DNA of 64,000 nucleotides, taken from Perna viridis. Its lineage: Eukaryota. The notes beneath the pieces were generated by a model. That model ran no database searches and was not told the origin of the DNA. It was given only the letters and a program-made list of their open reading frames with translations. The DNA is taken from the NCBI GenBank assembly GCA_037379345.1, contig CM074520.1, positions 18,703,488-18,767,487 on the forward strand, read 5' to 3'. Positions 43,138-64,000 of this stretch are shown piece after piece; position 1 is the stretch's first letter; each line of letters begins with the position of its first letter. The position numbers were made by a program, and so were the translations under genes.

Positions 43138-62905
<19,768 letters not shown>

Positions 62906-64000
62906 GTAAGCTGATTATAGATTCATTATAAGGAAGTTCTTATATGTGCTAAGTTCAAGAATCCTTCCTATCAGTTCTCTGCAACAATGTAAAAATTATT
63001 AGCATGTAGTATAATGATTCAAAACATATTTTATACATGGGTATGAATTTAAGTGTGCACTTAACCATCTGACAATGAGTACTCAAAGATGATGTTACTA
63101 ACACAGTATCGAGGTGAAATTAAGATAATTATTTTGTTAAACCGGTCATAAACTTTATTTAGAAAGTAAATTCAATTAACAAATATTATATTTCCAACTG
63201 TGCATGCACATTACAATACATTAATATGGACGTCACACGTCCTATATATGTGTAGAATATAATTATTAATGGTTAAAAATATTCTGACAGTAGTGACGGT
63301 TGTCAACACGAAAATAGACAAATGCACAAGTGCAGAGGCCCTGTAATGTCTTTTAATAGTCGTTTGATACGATTTCACATTTAGTTGCTTATTTAAGGCA
63401 GCGTTAATCATTGTATCATCAATATGGCTTCTGTATACTTTTGGCTAGAAAAAAAAAAACGTCAATATCCGGTTTGTACCTTTAGTCACAGCAGTTTCAT
63501 GTGCATATACATTGTGAATGCGTATTGTGGACCGAACTATTATCGAAAATTATTCGCTAGATTCGATGAATAAATACAAATTGAAGATATAAATGGCCAA
63601 GACAGTATACGGCATGGCGCCCAGATGTTTTTACGAAAATGACGGAATCAGCGTTACTCATGATTCTTGGGTACTTGAAAGGTGCAAACGATAATGAAAC
63701 TAAACGAAACTAAAAGAATCGGTAACAAATTATTTGGAACGAAACAAGTCGAAACAAAATGATTGAAAATGAATTAGAATCGAAAAAAGTCGAAGGAAAT
63801 CGAAACAGAATTAAACGAAATGAACAAGAATAGATAAATCTTTAAAGATGTTTCGTACTTCATAGTTAAAGCGACCCAAAGACATTTTGAACCATTACAA
63901 TTCGGACCGTGTATAAGGACAATTGACGTACCCGAGGAAGAGGAGTTAATTAAAATTTCTAATATGACGTCTTCATACCGTCAAACAGTATATGTCGGTA

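Overview
AT-rich, intron-rich animal DNA; the repeat families suggest a bivalve mollusc, probably a mytilid (inference). I built three spliced genes by hand from GT/AG sites and frame continuity. (1) A 5'-incomplete + strand gene (exons 940-1021, 4673-4903, 5990-6794) whose product aligns by eye with bacterial heparin lyase I (PL13) but has substituted catalytic residues. (2) A complete 17-exon, about 950-aa AMPA-type ionotropic glutamate receptor gene on the - strand (42452 to 12805). (3) A second AMPA-type iGluR gene on the + strand (from 43138; 13 exons in the window, 3' end outside). The two iGluR genes are head-to-head with 685 bp between start codons and have identical intron phases. Several introns and the intergenic region appear to hold decayed, intronless, + strand copies of the iGluR amino-terminal domain (ATD). 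The best cases are near 9.5, 19 and 53.4 kb; weaker ones are near 13, 31, 33, 38, 43, 46 and 51.5 kb, and all need a frameshift-aware search to confirm. Mobile DNA comprises about 15 copies of a Penelope-like (probably Naiad-type) 3' end with a structured RNA module, a LINE fragment, two Helentron-type non-autonomous elements and three TTAA-type MITEs. No rRNA, tRNA or CRISPR array was seen. All homology calls are by eye and from memory; no searches were run.
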